DNA of 64,000 nucleotides from an uncultured Spirochaetota bacterium (GTDB lineage: Bacteria > Spirochaetota > Spirochaetia > SZUA-6 > Fen-1364): positions 224,001 through 288,000 of the forward strand of contig CAVTHO010000009.1 in NCBI GenBank assembly GCA_963734545.1, read 5' to 3'. A program made the position numbers and the translations under genes. The notes beneath the pieces are model-generated. The model searched no databases and was not told the origin of the DNA. It saw nothing but the letters and a program-made list of their open reading frames with translations. Position 1 is the stretch's first letter. Every line of letters starts with the position of its first letter. Shown here one piece after another: positions 29,809-42,255 of this stretch.

Positions 29809-31059
29809 TCATTTCTTCTCGGCTTTTTGCCACTCATCGAGCGTTTTGTCGAGCGGCTGGGTCACCTGTCCCGAGGCTGTCTGGGCAATCCACGGCACGA
29901 TGACGCTGTCGCGGACCTTTACCCAGTTGTCCGGCAGGAGTCCGGGGAAGCTGAGGATGCTGTCCAGGGGAATGTGCCCGAGAAGAATGGGGTATTTCTG
30001 GGGAAGATCTCTCTCATTGATAGTTTTCAGAGCGGAAAATCCGTCGGTAACTCCAAAAACACCGATTCTCTTGGATTGATTCACGTTCAGGAGAGTCTGT
30101 TGGACCGCAGGGCTGCAAAACCATTGCAGGAAGGCTCTTGCCTCCCCCTTGTTGCGGGACGAGCGCAGAACCCCGGCAAAGAGCACGTCGTCCATGACCG
30201 GGATGACATTGTCCTGGGAAAGCCATCTGAAATCGAAGTCATGCCTCTTCTCGACGGGAAGGGCAAAAAAGTCCGTGAACGAAGCGAGCGCGAACAGCGT
30301 CTTTCCCGAGGAAAGCAGCTTGTACCAGGGCTGCACGCGGTTACGGCTGGAGAAGGCGGCGTCCGCGGCCGCTCCTCCATTGACCTGGTTCAGCCACATG
30401 CGGATGAAATCCGTGGTCTTGCTCAAGCCGCTTTCATCGTACGCCGGCAGCTCGTTCCTCCCGGGCCGGAAACGGGCTCCGAACAGCAGCGCCGACGCCG
30501 TGAGGAAATCCGCATTCCAGTCTCCCAGGGGCGAAAAACCCATGGCGATGGGGAGTCCGGTCTTGCTCGTTTTGTTGAAGGCCCTGCTCATTGTCTGCAG
30601 GTCATCCAGCGGCATGAACATCTTGTTCGGGAGATCCGCGGAGGTGCGCACATAGACGATGGCGGGGAGCGTGAAGGAAATCGGGACGAGGAACGGCCGA
30701 TTGTCCCGTGATCCCATGGACAACAGCCCCGGGTAGAACCAGGCCGGATCCATCTTCCCCGGCTTCACGATGTCTCCCAGCGTGTCCAGCCGGTCCATGA
30801 CGGCGGGTGTAGCCAGCCACTGCCCGACAACGGCGTCCCCCGGCACGCCATCCATCACGGCCTGGGAGGGCGTATCCTGGTAGGATATTTCCACTTTGAC
30901 GTCGGATTGGATGGCGTTGAAGCGATCCACGTACGCGGCCATCTCCGCCCGGTTCGTGATAAGCTGGACGACCGGCTGCATGCCGAAGCCGCACCCGGTC
31001 AGTGCCGCCGCGGCAGACGCGATCATCAGACATGCGAGCGGTCGGATCGGTCTTCTCAT
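29809..31059 (-). CDS. Extracellular solute-binding lipoprotein
   Basis: LTGC lipobox, DRFNA..DVKVEI, ARAFLQWF; upstream of the ABC ATPase. Confidence 0.75.
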   Translation of the reverse strand: MRRPIRPLACLMIASAAAALTGCGFGMQPVVQLITNRAEMAAYVDRFNAIQSDVKVEISYQDTPSQAVMDGVPGDAVVGQWLATPAVMDRLDTLGDIVKPGKMDPAWFYPGLLSMGSRDNRPFLVPISFTLPAIVYVRTSADLPNKMFMPLDDLQTMSRAFNKTSKTGLPIAMGFSPLGDWNADFLTASALLFGARFRPGRNELPAYDESGLSKTTDFIRMWLNQVNGGAAADAAFSSRNRVQPWYKLLSSGKTLFALASFTDFFALPVEKRHDFDFRWLSQDNVIPVMDDVLFAGVLRSSRNKGEARAFLQWFCSPAVQQTLLNVNQSKRIGVFGVTDGFSALKTINERDLPQKYPILLGHIPLDSILSFPGLLPDNWVKVRDSVIVPWIAQTASGQVTQPLDKTLDEWQKAEKK

Positions 31060-31127
31060 CCTGAGCACTGTAGGGGGGGGCATTCTTGTTGTCAACACGG
31101 GGGGTCTGCTACGATGACAGCAGAAAC

Positions 31128-32066
31128 ATGATGAGCGAGCCGCCCTACCTTACTTATTCCCGCTACCTGAGGGAGCGCCACGGCTGCACCGTCTATCGCG
31201 TGGCGGTGGATGCCGGCTTTTCCTGCCCCAACCGCGCGGATGGAAGGTCCGGCCGCGGATGCACGTATTGCGCGGAGGACGGCGCCCGGGCCCCGTACCT
31301 CGGGAACCGGGAGAGCCTGAAGAACCAGGTGGAGAGCGCCATGTCGTTTCTCCGCGCGCGATACAGCGCGGAGGCATTCATCCTTTTCTTTCAAGCCTTC
31401 TCCAACACGAACGCGGAAGTCGGCGCCCTTCGGCGGATCTATGACAGTGGACTGGAGCTCGCTCCGTTTCGTGGCCTGAACGTCGCGACAAGGCCTGACT
31501 GCATCGACGAGGACAAGGCGGCGCTTCTGGCCTCCTACAAGGAGCGCGGCCTGGAGGTGTGGGTGGAGCTGGGGCTTCAGTCGGCGTGCGAATCGACGCT
31601 GCGCCGCATCGAAAGGGGACACAGCCGCGAGGATTTCATGCGTGCGTACGGGCTGCTGAAGGAAAGGGGCCTGAAGGTGGCGGTGCATCTCATCTTCGGG
31701 CTGCCGGGGGAAGGATTCGCGCCCATCATGGATACGATCGACACGGTGGCGCAGCTGGAGCCGGACGGCGTCAAGATCCACAACCTCCATGTCCCCGCGG
31801 GCACCGTTCTCGCCGCCGAGCTCGCGAAGGGAGAGCTGACGGTCCCCTCCCCGCAGCGGCACCTCGAGTACGTCATTGCCGCGATCGAGCGGCTCCCCGC
31901 CCGCACCGTCATCATGCGTCTCACCTGCGACACGCCGGCAGAAAGGTTGATCGCGCCCAGAGATTTCTGGACCAAGGGAACGTTCACCGCCCGGGTGGCC
32001 GCCGAAATGAGGGCGCGCGGGGCGCGCCAGGGGCGGCTGTTCACCGCCGCGGCCAGCCTTTCGTAG
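31128..32066 (+). CDS. TIGR01212 (YhcC-like) radical SAM protein
   Basis: DAGFSCPNR..G..GCTYC, TRPDC, ELGLQS, RGH, HLIFGLPGE. Confidence 0.92.
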   Translation: MMSEPPYLTYSRYLRERHGCTVYRVAVDAGFSCPNRADGRSGRGCTYCAEDGARAPYLGNRESLKNQVESAMSFLRARYSAEAFILFFQAFSNTNAEVGALRRIYDSGLELAPFRGLNVATRPDCIDEDKAALLASYKERGLEVWVELGLQSACESTLRRIERGHSREDFMRAYGLLKERGLKVAVHLIFGLPGEGFAPIMDTIDTVAQLEPDGVKIHNLHVPAGTVLAAELAKGELTVPSPQRHLEYVIAAIERLPARTVIMRLTCDTPAERLIAPRDFWTKGTFTARVAAEMRARGARQGRLFTAAASLS

Positions 32067-32170
32067 GCTGCCGCGGAAGGGCTCCGGGCTCGCGGCCGCT
32101 CCTGGCGGCATTCCTGTCTACGCTTGACCGTTTGGGAACCATGGTTTACCCTGACACCAAGAGGCGCGGA

Positions 32171-32648
32171 GTGGCAATAAAAGACCCGGATATCTTCAGG
32201 ATCATAGAGAAGATCGGCGATCACTTCTTGAACAATGTGTCCAACCGGTTCATCCGCAAGGCGCTTGTGGTTCTCGAGCTTCCGCAGGCGGAGTGGGATC
32301 GCCTGGAGAACCTCACCAACAAGACGGAGTACTATAAGCAGAACGGCTTCTCATATGACGAGCTGTACGAGATGGTCCTTGCAGCGGCGCACTTCATCTC
32401 CCAGGCGCGGCAGAAGATGGTCCCCAACATCAAGGGGATGCTGGCCCAGGCGGGAAACGAAAAGGACAAGGTCCTGCGTGACATGGCCGCGCAGAACTTC
32501 CCCGTGAATCTCGCCATCCTCTCGGACCTGATCAACGAGCTGTACATGAAGACCACCGAGCTCGACACGGTCCGAGCACGAGAAGAAGCGCCCTGTCTTC
32601 GAACGCATCCCCGAGCTGAAGGACATAGGCAAGCTCCTGGTGAGCTAG
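32171..32648 (+). CDS. Hypothetical helical protein; frameshift near 32575
   Basis: GTG start after GGAG; coding-like composition; continues in an alternate frame ...RIPELKDIGKLLVS*. Confidence 0.65.
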
Positions 32649-32708
32649 GCGCGGCGCCCAAATCCGCGGACTACCGCGGTCACGGTACTCTGTGACATTC
32701 GCGGCGCC

Positions 32709-33995
32709 CTAAAGCTTCTCCGCCGCGGCGTAGATCAGGTCGTACAGCTCCTGCAGCTTCTCCACGTCCACGCTGGAGAACGCGACGCGGAGGCAGGTGT
32801 CGTCCACCGCTATGGTGCCCACGCCGTCTCCCATGAGCAGCGCCTTCCTGAGGTCCTCCGCTTTTCCTCGATGCAGCCGGAAGCTCATGAAGTATCCCGA
32901 GTTGAAGGGGAGAGGGCTGATGGCAGTGCTCTTCTTTTTCGAGAGGATCTCTCGGGCACGCTCGTAACGCTGCCTCAGGAGCCGGCCCGCTTCCTTCTTC
33001 TCCGGCTCTCTGTCAGGACTCTCCATGGCGTGCAGGATCAGGTTCTGCGCCAGAACGCTGGAATTCGATACGGTGGAGCGCACGGCGCCCATCAGCTTGC
33101 GGGTGAGGGCGTCATACTGTTCAGGTGAGAGCCCCCGCGCGCCGAGGGTGATGAATCCCGTGCGGAAGCCCCAGGTGAGATCCTCCTTGGTGGAGCCGTC
33201 CACCTTGGCCGCAAGGACATTCTCGTGCAGTCCGCACAACCGCGCAAAGAGCGACTGGGCGTAGATCCCTTCCTCGTAGAAAAGGCCGAAGTACGCGTCA
33301 TCCATGATGACCAGGCAGTGCGTGCCGGACTCGGCGGCATCCTTGATAACCGCAACCACCTCATCTGCTTCTTTCTTCATGAGGGAATAGCCGGTCGGGT
33401 TGTTGGGGAAGTTCAGGATCAGCGCAATTCTGCCCGCGCCAGAGGCCTTCTTGACGGCGCCGCGCAGACCCTCAACGTTGAACGTGCCCGTGGACGAATA
33501 AAACGGGAAAGCAGAAATGACCGCCTGGCGCCGGGTTTCGAATATGAGCGGATAGTTGTCCCAGTGCAGGTCAGGAAGGATCAGTATGTCTCCCTTGTCT
33601 ACGAAAAGATCGGCCAGCGTGGAGATGCCGCAGGTAAGGCCCGGCGACGACGAGCGGAAGGGAGAAGGAGGTGGACCCGATGTCCGGGTTCTTGCGAATG
33701 ATCTCCTTCTTCCACATCTCCCGAAGCTTTTCCACGCCCTGGGTGGGTGCATACGGGAAGATCTCGTCCGGTTCGAGCCCGGGCACCAGGGAACGGATTG
33801 TCTGCAGGAAGAGCGGCTTCCCGCGCTTGTGGCGATGCCGACGGTGGCATTGGCACGCGTGGCGTGCTTCTTGGCCTCGGCGGACTGCGCGACAATCCCC
33901 TTGGGGAAAAACAAGCGTCTGCCCAGCTCGGACAACAGGGCGTCGGCGACGCTTCCCTTCAATACGGCATTCAACTCTGACGCAAGCGGGTGCAT
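32709..33995 (-). CDS. Class I/II PLP aminotransferase; compensating frameshifts near 33640-33830
   Basis: NFPNNPTGY, DDAYFG, DGSTKE..WGFRTG, FNSGYF. Confidence 0.9.
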   Translation of the reverse strand: MHPLASELNAVLKGSVADALLSELGRRLFFPKGIVAQSAEAKKHATRANATVGIATSAGSRSSCRQSVPWCPGSNRTRSSRMHPPRAWKSFGRCGRRRSFARTRTSGPPPSPFRSSSPGLTCGISTLADLFVDKGDILILPDLHWDNYPLIFETRRQAVISAFPFYSSTGTFNVEGLRGAVKKASGAGRIALILNFPNNPTGYSLMKKEADEVVAVIKDAAESGTHCLVIMDDAYFGLFYEEGIYAQSLFARLCGLHENVLAAKVDGSTKEDLTWGFRTGFITLGARGLSPEQYDALTRKLMGAVRSTVSNSSVLAQNLILHAMESPDREPEKKEAGRLLRQRYERAREILSKKKSTAISPLPFNSGYFMSFRLHRGKAEDLRKALLMGDGVGTIAVDDTCLRVAFSSVDVEKLQELYDLIYAAAEKL

Positions 33996-34071
33996 TCCTG
34001 GTTTATACGGGAGCGCGGCGGGACTGTCAACGTTCCCGCTGCCGCCCACCCCCGGCTCACGCCCGGCCCGC

Positions 34072-34137
34072 TTGACTCGCGACAGCCAATCAGGCTACAA
34101 AATTGTAACTTTTAGCTAGCGAATTTACATTTATGTA
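34072..34137. promoter_or_regulatory. Putative sigma70 promoter overlapped by two TACA-N4-TGTA palindromes
   Basis: TTGACT near 34072; TACAAAATTGTA 34096-34107 and TACATTTATGTA 34126-34137. Confidence 0.6.
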
Positions 34138-34155
34138 GGTTCGCCGGAGGTGGGC

Positions 34156-35727
<1,572 letters not shown>

Positions 35728-35730
35728 ACC

Positions 35731-35746
35731 TGGCACGAACCTTGCA
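35731..35746 (+). promoter_or_regulatory. Sigma54 -24/-12 promoter of amtB-PII
   Basis: TGGCAC-GAACC-TTGCA, matching TGGCAC-N5-TTGCA. Confidence 0.92.
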
Positions 35747-35783
35747 TATGAAGGGCAACGATACTTCGTGCAAGGAGGGTTCA

Positions 35784-37027
35784 ATGCCTGCTATCAATTA
35801 TGGCGACACCGCCTGGATGCTCGTTTCAACGGCGCTTGTCATGGCCATGACAGCTCCAGGGCTTGCCATGTTCTACGGCGGCCTCGTGCGTCGAAAGAAC
35901 GTGCTGTCCACGATGATGCAGTCTTTCTTCATTCTCTGTCTGATCAGCGTCCAGTGGGTGCTGTGGGGATACAGCCTGGCATTCGGGCCGGACGCGGGGC
36001 ATGTCATCGGCAACCTGTCCTGGTTCGCCCTGAACGGAGTGGGCCTGGCGCCGAACGCCGACTACGCGGCCACGATCCCCCACCAGCTCTTCATGGTCTA
36101 CCAGATGATGTTTGCAGTCATCACGCCGGCGCTCATCACGGGAGCTTTCGCAGAGAGAATCAAGTTCTCGACCTTCGTCGTCTTCACGCTCCTGTGGGCA
36201 ACGCTCGTGTATGACCCCATCGCGCACTGGGTGTGGGGCAAGGACGGATGGCTGCACAACCTGGGTGCCCTCGACTTTGCGGGCGGAACGGTCGTGCACA
36301 TTTCCTCGGGGATTTCTGCCCTCGTCTTCGCCCTGGTGATTGGAAAGAGGGCCGGGTTTCCCAAGATCACTCCGGCACCTCACAACATGACGTACACCCT
36401 CATCGGCGCGGCCCTGCTCTGGTTCGGCTGGTTCGGGTTCAACGCGGGCAGCGCCCTTGCGGCGAATGAGCTGGCCGTCAGCGCATTCATCAACACGAAC
36501 ACGGCCACTGCCATGGCGGGTCTGGCATGGATCATCATTGACTGGTTCGTCACCAAGAAGCCCACGGTGCTCGGCGCTGCCACGGGCGCGGTTGCAGGAT
36601 TGGTCGCCATCACGCCGGCCGCGGGGTTCGTCACCCCGATGGGCTCCATTGCAATCGGTATCGCGGTCGCCATCGTCTGCTACATCGCCGTTGCCGTGAT
36701 CAAGGGGAAACTGGGCTACGATGATTCCCTGGACGCATTCGGCGTGCATGGAGTGGGAGGAACGGTGGGAGCGCTGCTCACCGGCGTCTTCGCCTCCAAG
36801 CTGATCAACTCAGCCGGCGCCGACGGGGGCATATTCGGCAACTGGAAGCAGCGTGGGCACACAGGCCATCGCCGTTGCTGGCGGTCATCGCCTACGCGGC
36901 GATCGTCACGCTCATCCTCACAAAGGTGCTCGACTGGATCATGGGCCTGCGCGTGAAGAGCGAGGATGAGGCCATCGGCCTCGACAACACCCAGCACAAA
37001 GAGAGCGCCTACACGCTCATCGACTGA
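35784..37027 (+). CDS. amtB: Ammonium transporter; frameshift near 36855-36880
   Basis: GDTAWML, PGLAMFYGG, DFAGGTVVH, WFGWFGFN, DDSLDAFGVHG. Confidence 0.96.
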
Positions 37028-37038
37028 GGGAGGAAGCC

Positions 37039-37381
37039 ATGAAACTTGATCATAGCGATCATACAACCGCACAAGCTCGACGACGTGATGCGCGAGCTGG
37101 ACGCGCAGGAGATACACCTCAAGACCGTCACAAACGTGCTGGGGTGCGGGCGGCAGAAGGGCGTCACGGAGGTCTACCGCGGAGTCAAGGAGGCGGGCAC
37201 CCTTCTCAAGAAGGTGCGCATAGAAATTGGGGTCAACGACGCCTTCGTGCAGCCGACCGTGGACGCCATCATCAAAGGCGCGCGCACCGGCAACATCGGG
37301 GACGGAAAGATATTCGTTCTCCCCATGGAAGAGTGCATCCGTATCCGCAGCGGGGAAAAAGGAAAAGTAGCCATCGGGTGA
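37039..37381 (+). CDS. glnK: P-II nitrogen regulator; 1-nt frameshift right after the start
   Basis: [32 protein letters not shown]; adjacent to amtB. Confidence 0.9.
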
Positions 37382-37489
37382 AAGTAATGGCGGGGGAGCG
37401 GCTTGCGCCCTCCCCCGCTCCTCTCTCTCGGGGATCAGCACGCGACAGCCGGGCGCACCGGCTTCACCCAACCGCATGCGGCCTCCGCC

Positions 37490-37518
37490 TTGACAGGCGG
37501 CGTCGGCAGTTGTATAAG
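37490..37518 (+). promoter_or_regulatory. Near-consensus sigma70 promoter
   Basis: TTGACA-17 nt-TATAAG. Confidence 0.65.
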
Positions 37519-37655
37519 GGCGCATCTCGTAAACGTTCCCGATTGTCCGATTGATGTCCACGGTCATCGCCATCACGACCGAAGCCGTTTTCCTTTTCGC
37601 CGCGCCGTCCGCCTCGGGCCTGCTCCTGGACGCGTTTGGAATGAGGGACTGAAAA

Positions 37656-38822
37656 GTGTCGGGCAGCGTCTCACTCGTGCGGTGCAGTGACTATGATTTC
37701 CCGAGAGTCAAGGCATCGGTGAGGCAGGGTCTCGAGCTGCTCGGCGGAATTTCCGCCTTCGTCAAGCCCGGCGAGCGGGTGCTGCTCAAGGTGAACCTGC
37801 TCATCAGGAGAAAGCCCGAGAAAGCGACGACCACTCACCCTGCCGTTGCACGGGCGCTCGCCGAGCTGGTCAGGGAGGCCGGCGGCAAACCCGTCATCGG
37901 CGACAGTCCAGGGGGGCGCCATTTCTACACTGCCAGCACCCTTCGATCGGTCTACGAGACCTGCGGCATGACCGAGGCGGCGCGGGAGAGCGGCGCGGAG
38001 CTGAACTGGGATACCGAGGTGGTCGAGGTTCCCTATCCCGAGGGCAGGCGCGTCAAGCTGGTCAAAACGATCAGGCCCGTGCGCGAGGTGGATAAGATCA
38101 TCAGCGTGTCCAAGCTCAAGACCCATGGGATGACCGTCTACAGCGGCGCCGTGAAAAACCTCTTCGGCATAGTCCCCGGCCGGTACAAGGGCGAGTATCA
38201 CCTGAGATTCGAGGACGTGGACGATTTTGCCGACCTCCTGGTCGATCTCTGCCTGTTCGCAAAGCCCGTGCTCTCCGTCATGGACGCGGTGGTCGGCATG
38301 GAAGGCTACGGGCCGACGAGCGGAAGGCCGCGCGCGGTAGGGCTGATCATTTCCAGCCCGGATCCCTATGCCCTCGACGTGGTGGCGGCTGAAATCATCG
38401 GCCTGAAGGGCCGGCAGGTCCCGACTATCAGGAAGTCCGCCGAGCGGGGCTTGTGTCCCTTGCACGCAGAGCAGCTGACCGTGGTGGGAGAGCGGGTCCC
38501 GGATGTTGCGGTCCCGACTTTCAGCAAACCGACGGTCAGGATAGCCCTGAACTACTACGGACTGCTGCTCCCCGCGGGCTTGAAACGATGGATGGACAAT
38601 CTGGTCAAGCCGAAACCGCGACTGAATGCGGACGCCTGCAGCGGATGCGGCGAGTGCGAAGAAGCATGTCCCCCGAAGGCCATTACGATGATGGATCAAA
38701 GACCTTCGGTGAATCTTGACGCGTGCATCCGCTGTTTCTGCTGCAACGAGCTGTGCCCTCGCGGGGCGTTCGCCATCGCCCGGCCGTGGTTCCTGCGGCT
38801 GCTCCTGCGCGGCAGCGAATGA
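37656..38822 (+). CDS. DUF362 domain protein with 2x[4Fe-4S] ferredoxin domain
   Basis: VLLKVNL, TTHPAV, KLKTH, GAVKNLFG; CSGCGECEEACP and CIRCFCCNELCP. Confidence 0.92.
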   Translation: MSGSVSLVRCSDYDFPRVKASVRQGLELLGGISAFVKPGERVLLKVNLLIRRKPEKATTTHPAVARALAELVREAGGKPVIGDSPGGRHFYTASTLRSVYETCGMTEAARESGAELNWDTEVVEVPYPEGRRVKLVKTIRPVREVDKIISVSKLKTHGMTVYSGAVKNLFGIVPGRYKGEYHLRFEDVDDFADLLVDLCLFAKPVLSVMDAVVGMEGYGPTSGRPRAVGLIISSPDPYALDVVAAEIIGLKGRQVPTIRKSAERGLCPLHAEQLTVVGERVPDVAVPTFSKPTVRIALNYYGLLLPAGLKRWMDNLVKPKPRLNADACSGCGECEEACPPKAITMMDQRPSVNLDACIRCFCCNELCPRGAFAIARPWFLRLLLRGSE

Positions 38823-38863
38823 GCCGGGCGAGAGGCTCGTGTCCTCCCCCCGCTCCTCTTCCT

Positions 38864-40444
38864 TCAGAAATCCTTCTCCACGTACTCCAGGAAATCGAAG
38901 TCCGCGTGGAGTCCCCTGCCGGACAGGTCCTGGCAGCAGAGGGCCGCGAATGCACCGGTGAAGCCGCAGGGGACCGCGTGCTCGTCGGAAAGTATCGACG
39001 CATCCATCTCCCACCCGATCCGGGCCCAGGTGTTCCCGCCGGGAGAGTAGCGGAAGCTCAGCCTCTCGTGGTCCATGTCGAAACCGAGGAAGACCCGGTT
39101 CCAGCCTTCCACGGGAATCTCCTTCTCCACCGGGTATGAAAGAACGCCGCGCTCGCAGCGCATGAGGCCGAGGCACCTGGAAGCGTGCGCCGCCCGGCTG
39201 ATGTAGAGATAGTAGAAGCTGTCGGTGCTGTAGAAAGCGGCAAGCCCGGCAAGCTGGTGGATGGACGGGGGCTGGAACTCGACGCACGTCGAAACGGAGA
39301 CCTTGAACGCGCTGATGCGACGCGCGACTATCGCCTGCCGGAAGTTCGAGAGAATGCTTTCCCGGCCCTTCAGCCTCAGATAGCCCGGCCTCTCGGTCAG
39401 GCTCATCAGCGAGTCATCCAGGGGAACGCGAAGAGACTGGTAGCACGGACGAAGGATCGGGGCCTCGAAGTCATCACGCGAGGGCTCCGTTTCCCATTCG
39501 CGCGTGGGAAGGTCCGGGCCAGCGAACTCCAGGGTGGGCGACCGCCCGCCCTGCTTCAGACGCAGCCATCCATTCTGGGTCCATTCCACAGCCTGGAGAG
39601 AGGTCTCCCGGCCCAGGACCGATCTCCCGTTCGCCAGCGGGCGGCGGCAGAGATAAGCCATGACCCACTCGCCTCCCTGGGTTTCCACGAGACTCCCGTG
39701 CCCGGCGCTCTGGAGGGGAAAAGCGGGATCGTGCGCCGAGGTGAGGAGCGGATTGCCCGGCATCACCGTGTAGGGGCCGCGGAGCCGCGCCGACCGTGCC
39801 ACGCTGACGGCATGCGTGGTGAATGTGCCCCCTTCCGCGGTTACCAGGTAGTAGAAGCCGTTCCGCTTGTACAGGTGGGGGCCTTCCACGAGACCAAGCT
39901 CCGTTCCGCCGAAGATCAGCGATTCCTCTCCGACCAGCCGCCGCTGCTCGGGGCAGTACTCTTGCAGAAGGATTCCTCCGAATCCATTCTGGGCGGGTCG
40001 GTAATCCCACAGCACATTGACCAGATACTTTCTTCCGTCGGGATCGTGGAAAAGGGACGCATCGAAACCCGAGCTGTTGAGGTAGACCGGATCTGACCAG
40101 GGGCCCTCGATGGAGGCAGACGTGGTGAGATAGTTATGACAGTCCTTGACCTGCCCCGCCCAGCGCTTCATGTCGGTGTACACGAGATGGAAAAGGCCGT
40201 CGGACCAGCTCAGGCACGGAGCCCAGACGCCGCCGGAGTTCGGATTGCCGCGCATGTCCAGGAGGTCGGGCCGGTCCAGGGGCCGGGCGGCAAGGCGCCA
40301 GTGCTCGAGATCCCGAGAGTGATGGATACAGACGCCCGGAAACCATTCGAATGTCGAGGTGGCGATATAGTAGTCGTCCTCCACGCGCAGGAGGGAAGGG
40401 TCAGGATTGAACCCGCGCAGAATGGGATTGCGAATTACGCGCAT
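38864..40444 (-). CDS. GH43 beta-xylosidase/arabinofuranosidase
   Basis: NPILRGFNPDPS, STFEWFPG, GVWAP, GFDASLF, EGPHLYK, LGRET. Confidence 0.95.
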   Translation of the reverse strand: MRVIRNPILRGFNPDPSLLRVEDDYYIATSTFEWFPGVCIHHSRDLEHWRLAARPLDRPDLLDMRGNPNSGGVWAPCLSWSDGLFHLVYTDMKRWAGQVKDCHNYLTTSASIEGPWSDPVYLNSSGFDASLFHDPDGRKYLVNVLWDYRPAQNGFGGILLQEYCPEQRRLVGEESLIFGGTELGLVEGPHLYKRNGFYYLVTAEGGTFTTHAVSVARSARLRGPYTVMPGNPLLTSAHDPAFPLQSAGHGSLVETQGGEWVMAYLCRRPLANGRSVLGRETSLQAVEWTQNGWLRLKQGGRSPTLEFAGPDLPTREWETEPSRDDFEAPILRPCYQSLRVPLDDSLMSLTERPGYLRLKGRESILSNFRQAIVARRISAFKVSVSTCVEFQPPSIHQLAGLAAFYSTDSFYYLYISRAAHASRCLGLMRCERGVLSYPVEKEIPVEGWNRVFLGFDMDHERLSFRYSPGGNTWARIGWEMDASILSDEHAVPCGFTGAFAALCCQDLSGRGLHADFDFLEYVEKDF

Positions 40445-40472
40445 CTTGTTGCTCTGTGCCGGCTCTTCACGC

Positions 40473-40650
40473 TCATCCCTTGACTGCCCCTCCTGTAAGG
40501 CCTGCCACCATATACTTCTGGGCAAAGATGAAGAGCAGGATCGCGGGCATCATGGCGGAGTCAGGTAGCCGAGGACGAGGTTCCCGCCCGTCGAATGCTC
40601 GCCCATGAAATCCATGACGCCCATTGGAAGTGTGAATCCCAGGCCGCTCG
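40473..40650 (-). pseudogene. C-terminal relic of a carbohydrate ABC permease (MalG-like)
   Basis: FTLPMGVMDFMGEHST..NLVLGYLT / MMPAILLFIFAQKYMVAGLTGGAVKG*; rest of gene absent. Confidence 0.75.
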
Positions 40651-40740
40651 CTTTCGCCGAGACTACCGCACGTCGGAAGACCCTGAAATCGGATAAATGC
40701 CGGATTCATGGATAGGTGGTATTGCCTACCGCCGGAAGGC

Positions 40741-42147
40741 CTATACTCCTTCCCTCTGTTCGATGGAAGAAAGCTCGACTGCCACGGCGGCATCGTCCCA
40801 GCGCTCGACGAGTATCTTGCGCTTCCAGACGCCGGACCTCCATCGGAGCGTCATGATGATGCCCCTGACCCATTCATCCAGGCACATCGCACCCCACAAT
40901 CCGACGAGTCCGAGCCCGAGCCTTACTCCGGCGAGCCATGCCCCGAACGTCCCTATGAGCATCATTGAGACGATGGCCAGGACCACGGGAAAGCGTACGT
41001 CGCCCGCCCCCTTCAGCGCGGGATTGATGATCGTGTTGAAATTCCTGCCGGGCTCGTGGACCAGGGAGATGAAAAGGATCGTGGCGGCGAGACCGATGAT
41101 CTCCTGGTCCTGCGTGAAAAGGCCGACGATCGGCGACTCGAACAACTTCACTCCTATGACGAATACGAGTGAGATGAGGAATCCCGCGCCGAAGTATCGA
41201 TACACTCGTTTCTCGGCCTCGGCCTGCCTGCCTGCCCCCACGTAGTAGCCGACCTTGATCTGGGCAGCCGAGCCTATCGAAATACCGGGCATGAACACAA
41301 AGCGCAGCACGGCGATGAGTATTCCATACGTCGCGAGCGCCTGCGTGCCCATCCCGGCGATCATGGACAGGATGAGGATCTGTGAAAGATTGTACGTGAG
41401 GTACTCGCCCGCAGTGGGCACGCCCACGGCGACGACCGCTCTGTAGACGGAGCGCGGAACCTGCCGGATCTCGCCGAACGGAAGCGCGACCTCCTTCTTC
41501 CGCCGAATGATCAGGGCGTACAACGCGCACGCCACGGCCTGGCTGGCCACCGTGGATGCCGCGACGCCGACCACGCCGAGCACGGGGAACCCGAACGGGC
41601 CGAAGAGGCAGAGGGCGTTGCCGCTCACGGTCAGGACGAGAGCGACGATGTTGACGATCATCGGGTCCCGCGGATGCCCCCATGCGCGCAGGATGCTGGC
41701 CTGCGTAATGTTGAAGGCCATGAAGAATGACAATCCGCCGTAGATGATGAGGAACTGGCGGGCGTACAGGGCCACCAGGGGGTCGAGGCGGTAGAAACGA
41801 AGGACAGGCCCCGCGATTGCGGCGACAATCCCGGAAAGGACGAGGGAAAACGCAACGACCAGGCTGAGGCTGCCGATTCCCACCAGACCCGCCTCGCGAC
41901 GCCTTCCGGCACCGAGGTTCTGGGTGATGAGGATGCTCGCACCGATGGCCACCATCGTGTAGAGAAGCTGAATGAAGAAAGCGAACTGGTTGACCAGGCT
42001 CATCGCGGCAACGGCATCCCGGGAGAACCTGCTGAGCATGAAGGTGTCCACGCTCATCAGGGAGGTGCGCAGGGTGTTTTCCACCAGGATCGGCCATGCG
42101 AGCGTCAGGAGAGGAATGCGGGTTCTGTCGGTGAGCGCGGCTTGCAT
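40741..42147 (-). CDS. MATE family efflux transporter
   Basis: LAWPILVE, DTFMLS, QNLGA, GVVGVAAST, DEWVRG. Confidence 0.92.
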   Translation of the reverse strand: MQAALTDRTRIPLLTLAWPILVENTLRTSLMSVDTFMLSRFSRDAVAAMSLVNQFAFFIQLLYTMVAIGASILITQNLGAGRRREAGLVGIGSLSLVVAFSLVLSGIVAAIAGPVLRFYRLDPLVALYARQFLIIYGGLSFFMAFNITQASILRAWGHPRDPMIVNIVALVLTVSGNALCLFGPFGFPVLGVVGVAASTVASQAVACALYALIIRRKKEVALPFGEIRQVPRSVYRAVVAVGVPTAGEYLTYNLSQILILSMIAGMGTQALATYGILIAVLRFVFMPGISIGSAAQIKVGYYVGAGRQAEAEKRVYRYFGAGFLISLVFVIGVKLFESPIVGLFTQDQEIIGLAATILFISLVHEPGRNFNTIINPALKGAGDVRFPVVLAIVSMMLIGTFGAWLAGVRLGLGLVGLWGAMCLDEWVRGIIMTLRWRSGVWKRKILVERWDDAAVAVELSSIEQREGV

Positions 42148-42255
42148 GTGGGGCCTGCAGCTTACCTGCTTCGAAACGGAGCCACAAGCGCCAGGAGCCC
42201 TTCGGCCAGGAGGAACGGCGCGAGGCAGTTGACCGCGAAGCGGAGTAGCAGGAAC

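Noticed and set aside
37554-37652. 32-aa hydrophobic ORF after the strong promoter
   Set aside because: No clear SD or motif; may be a gene scrap but cannot be supported
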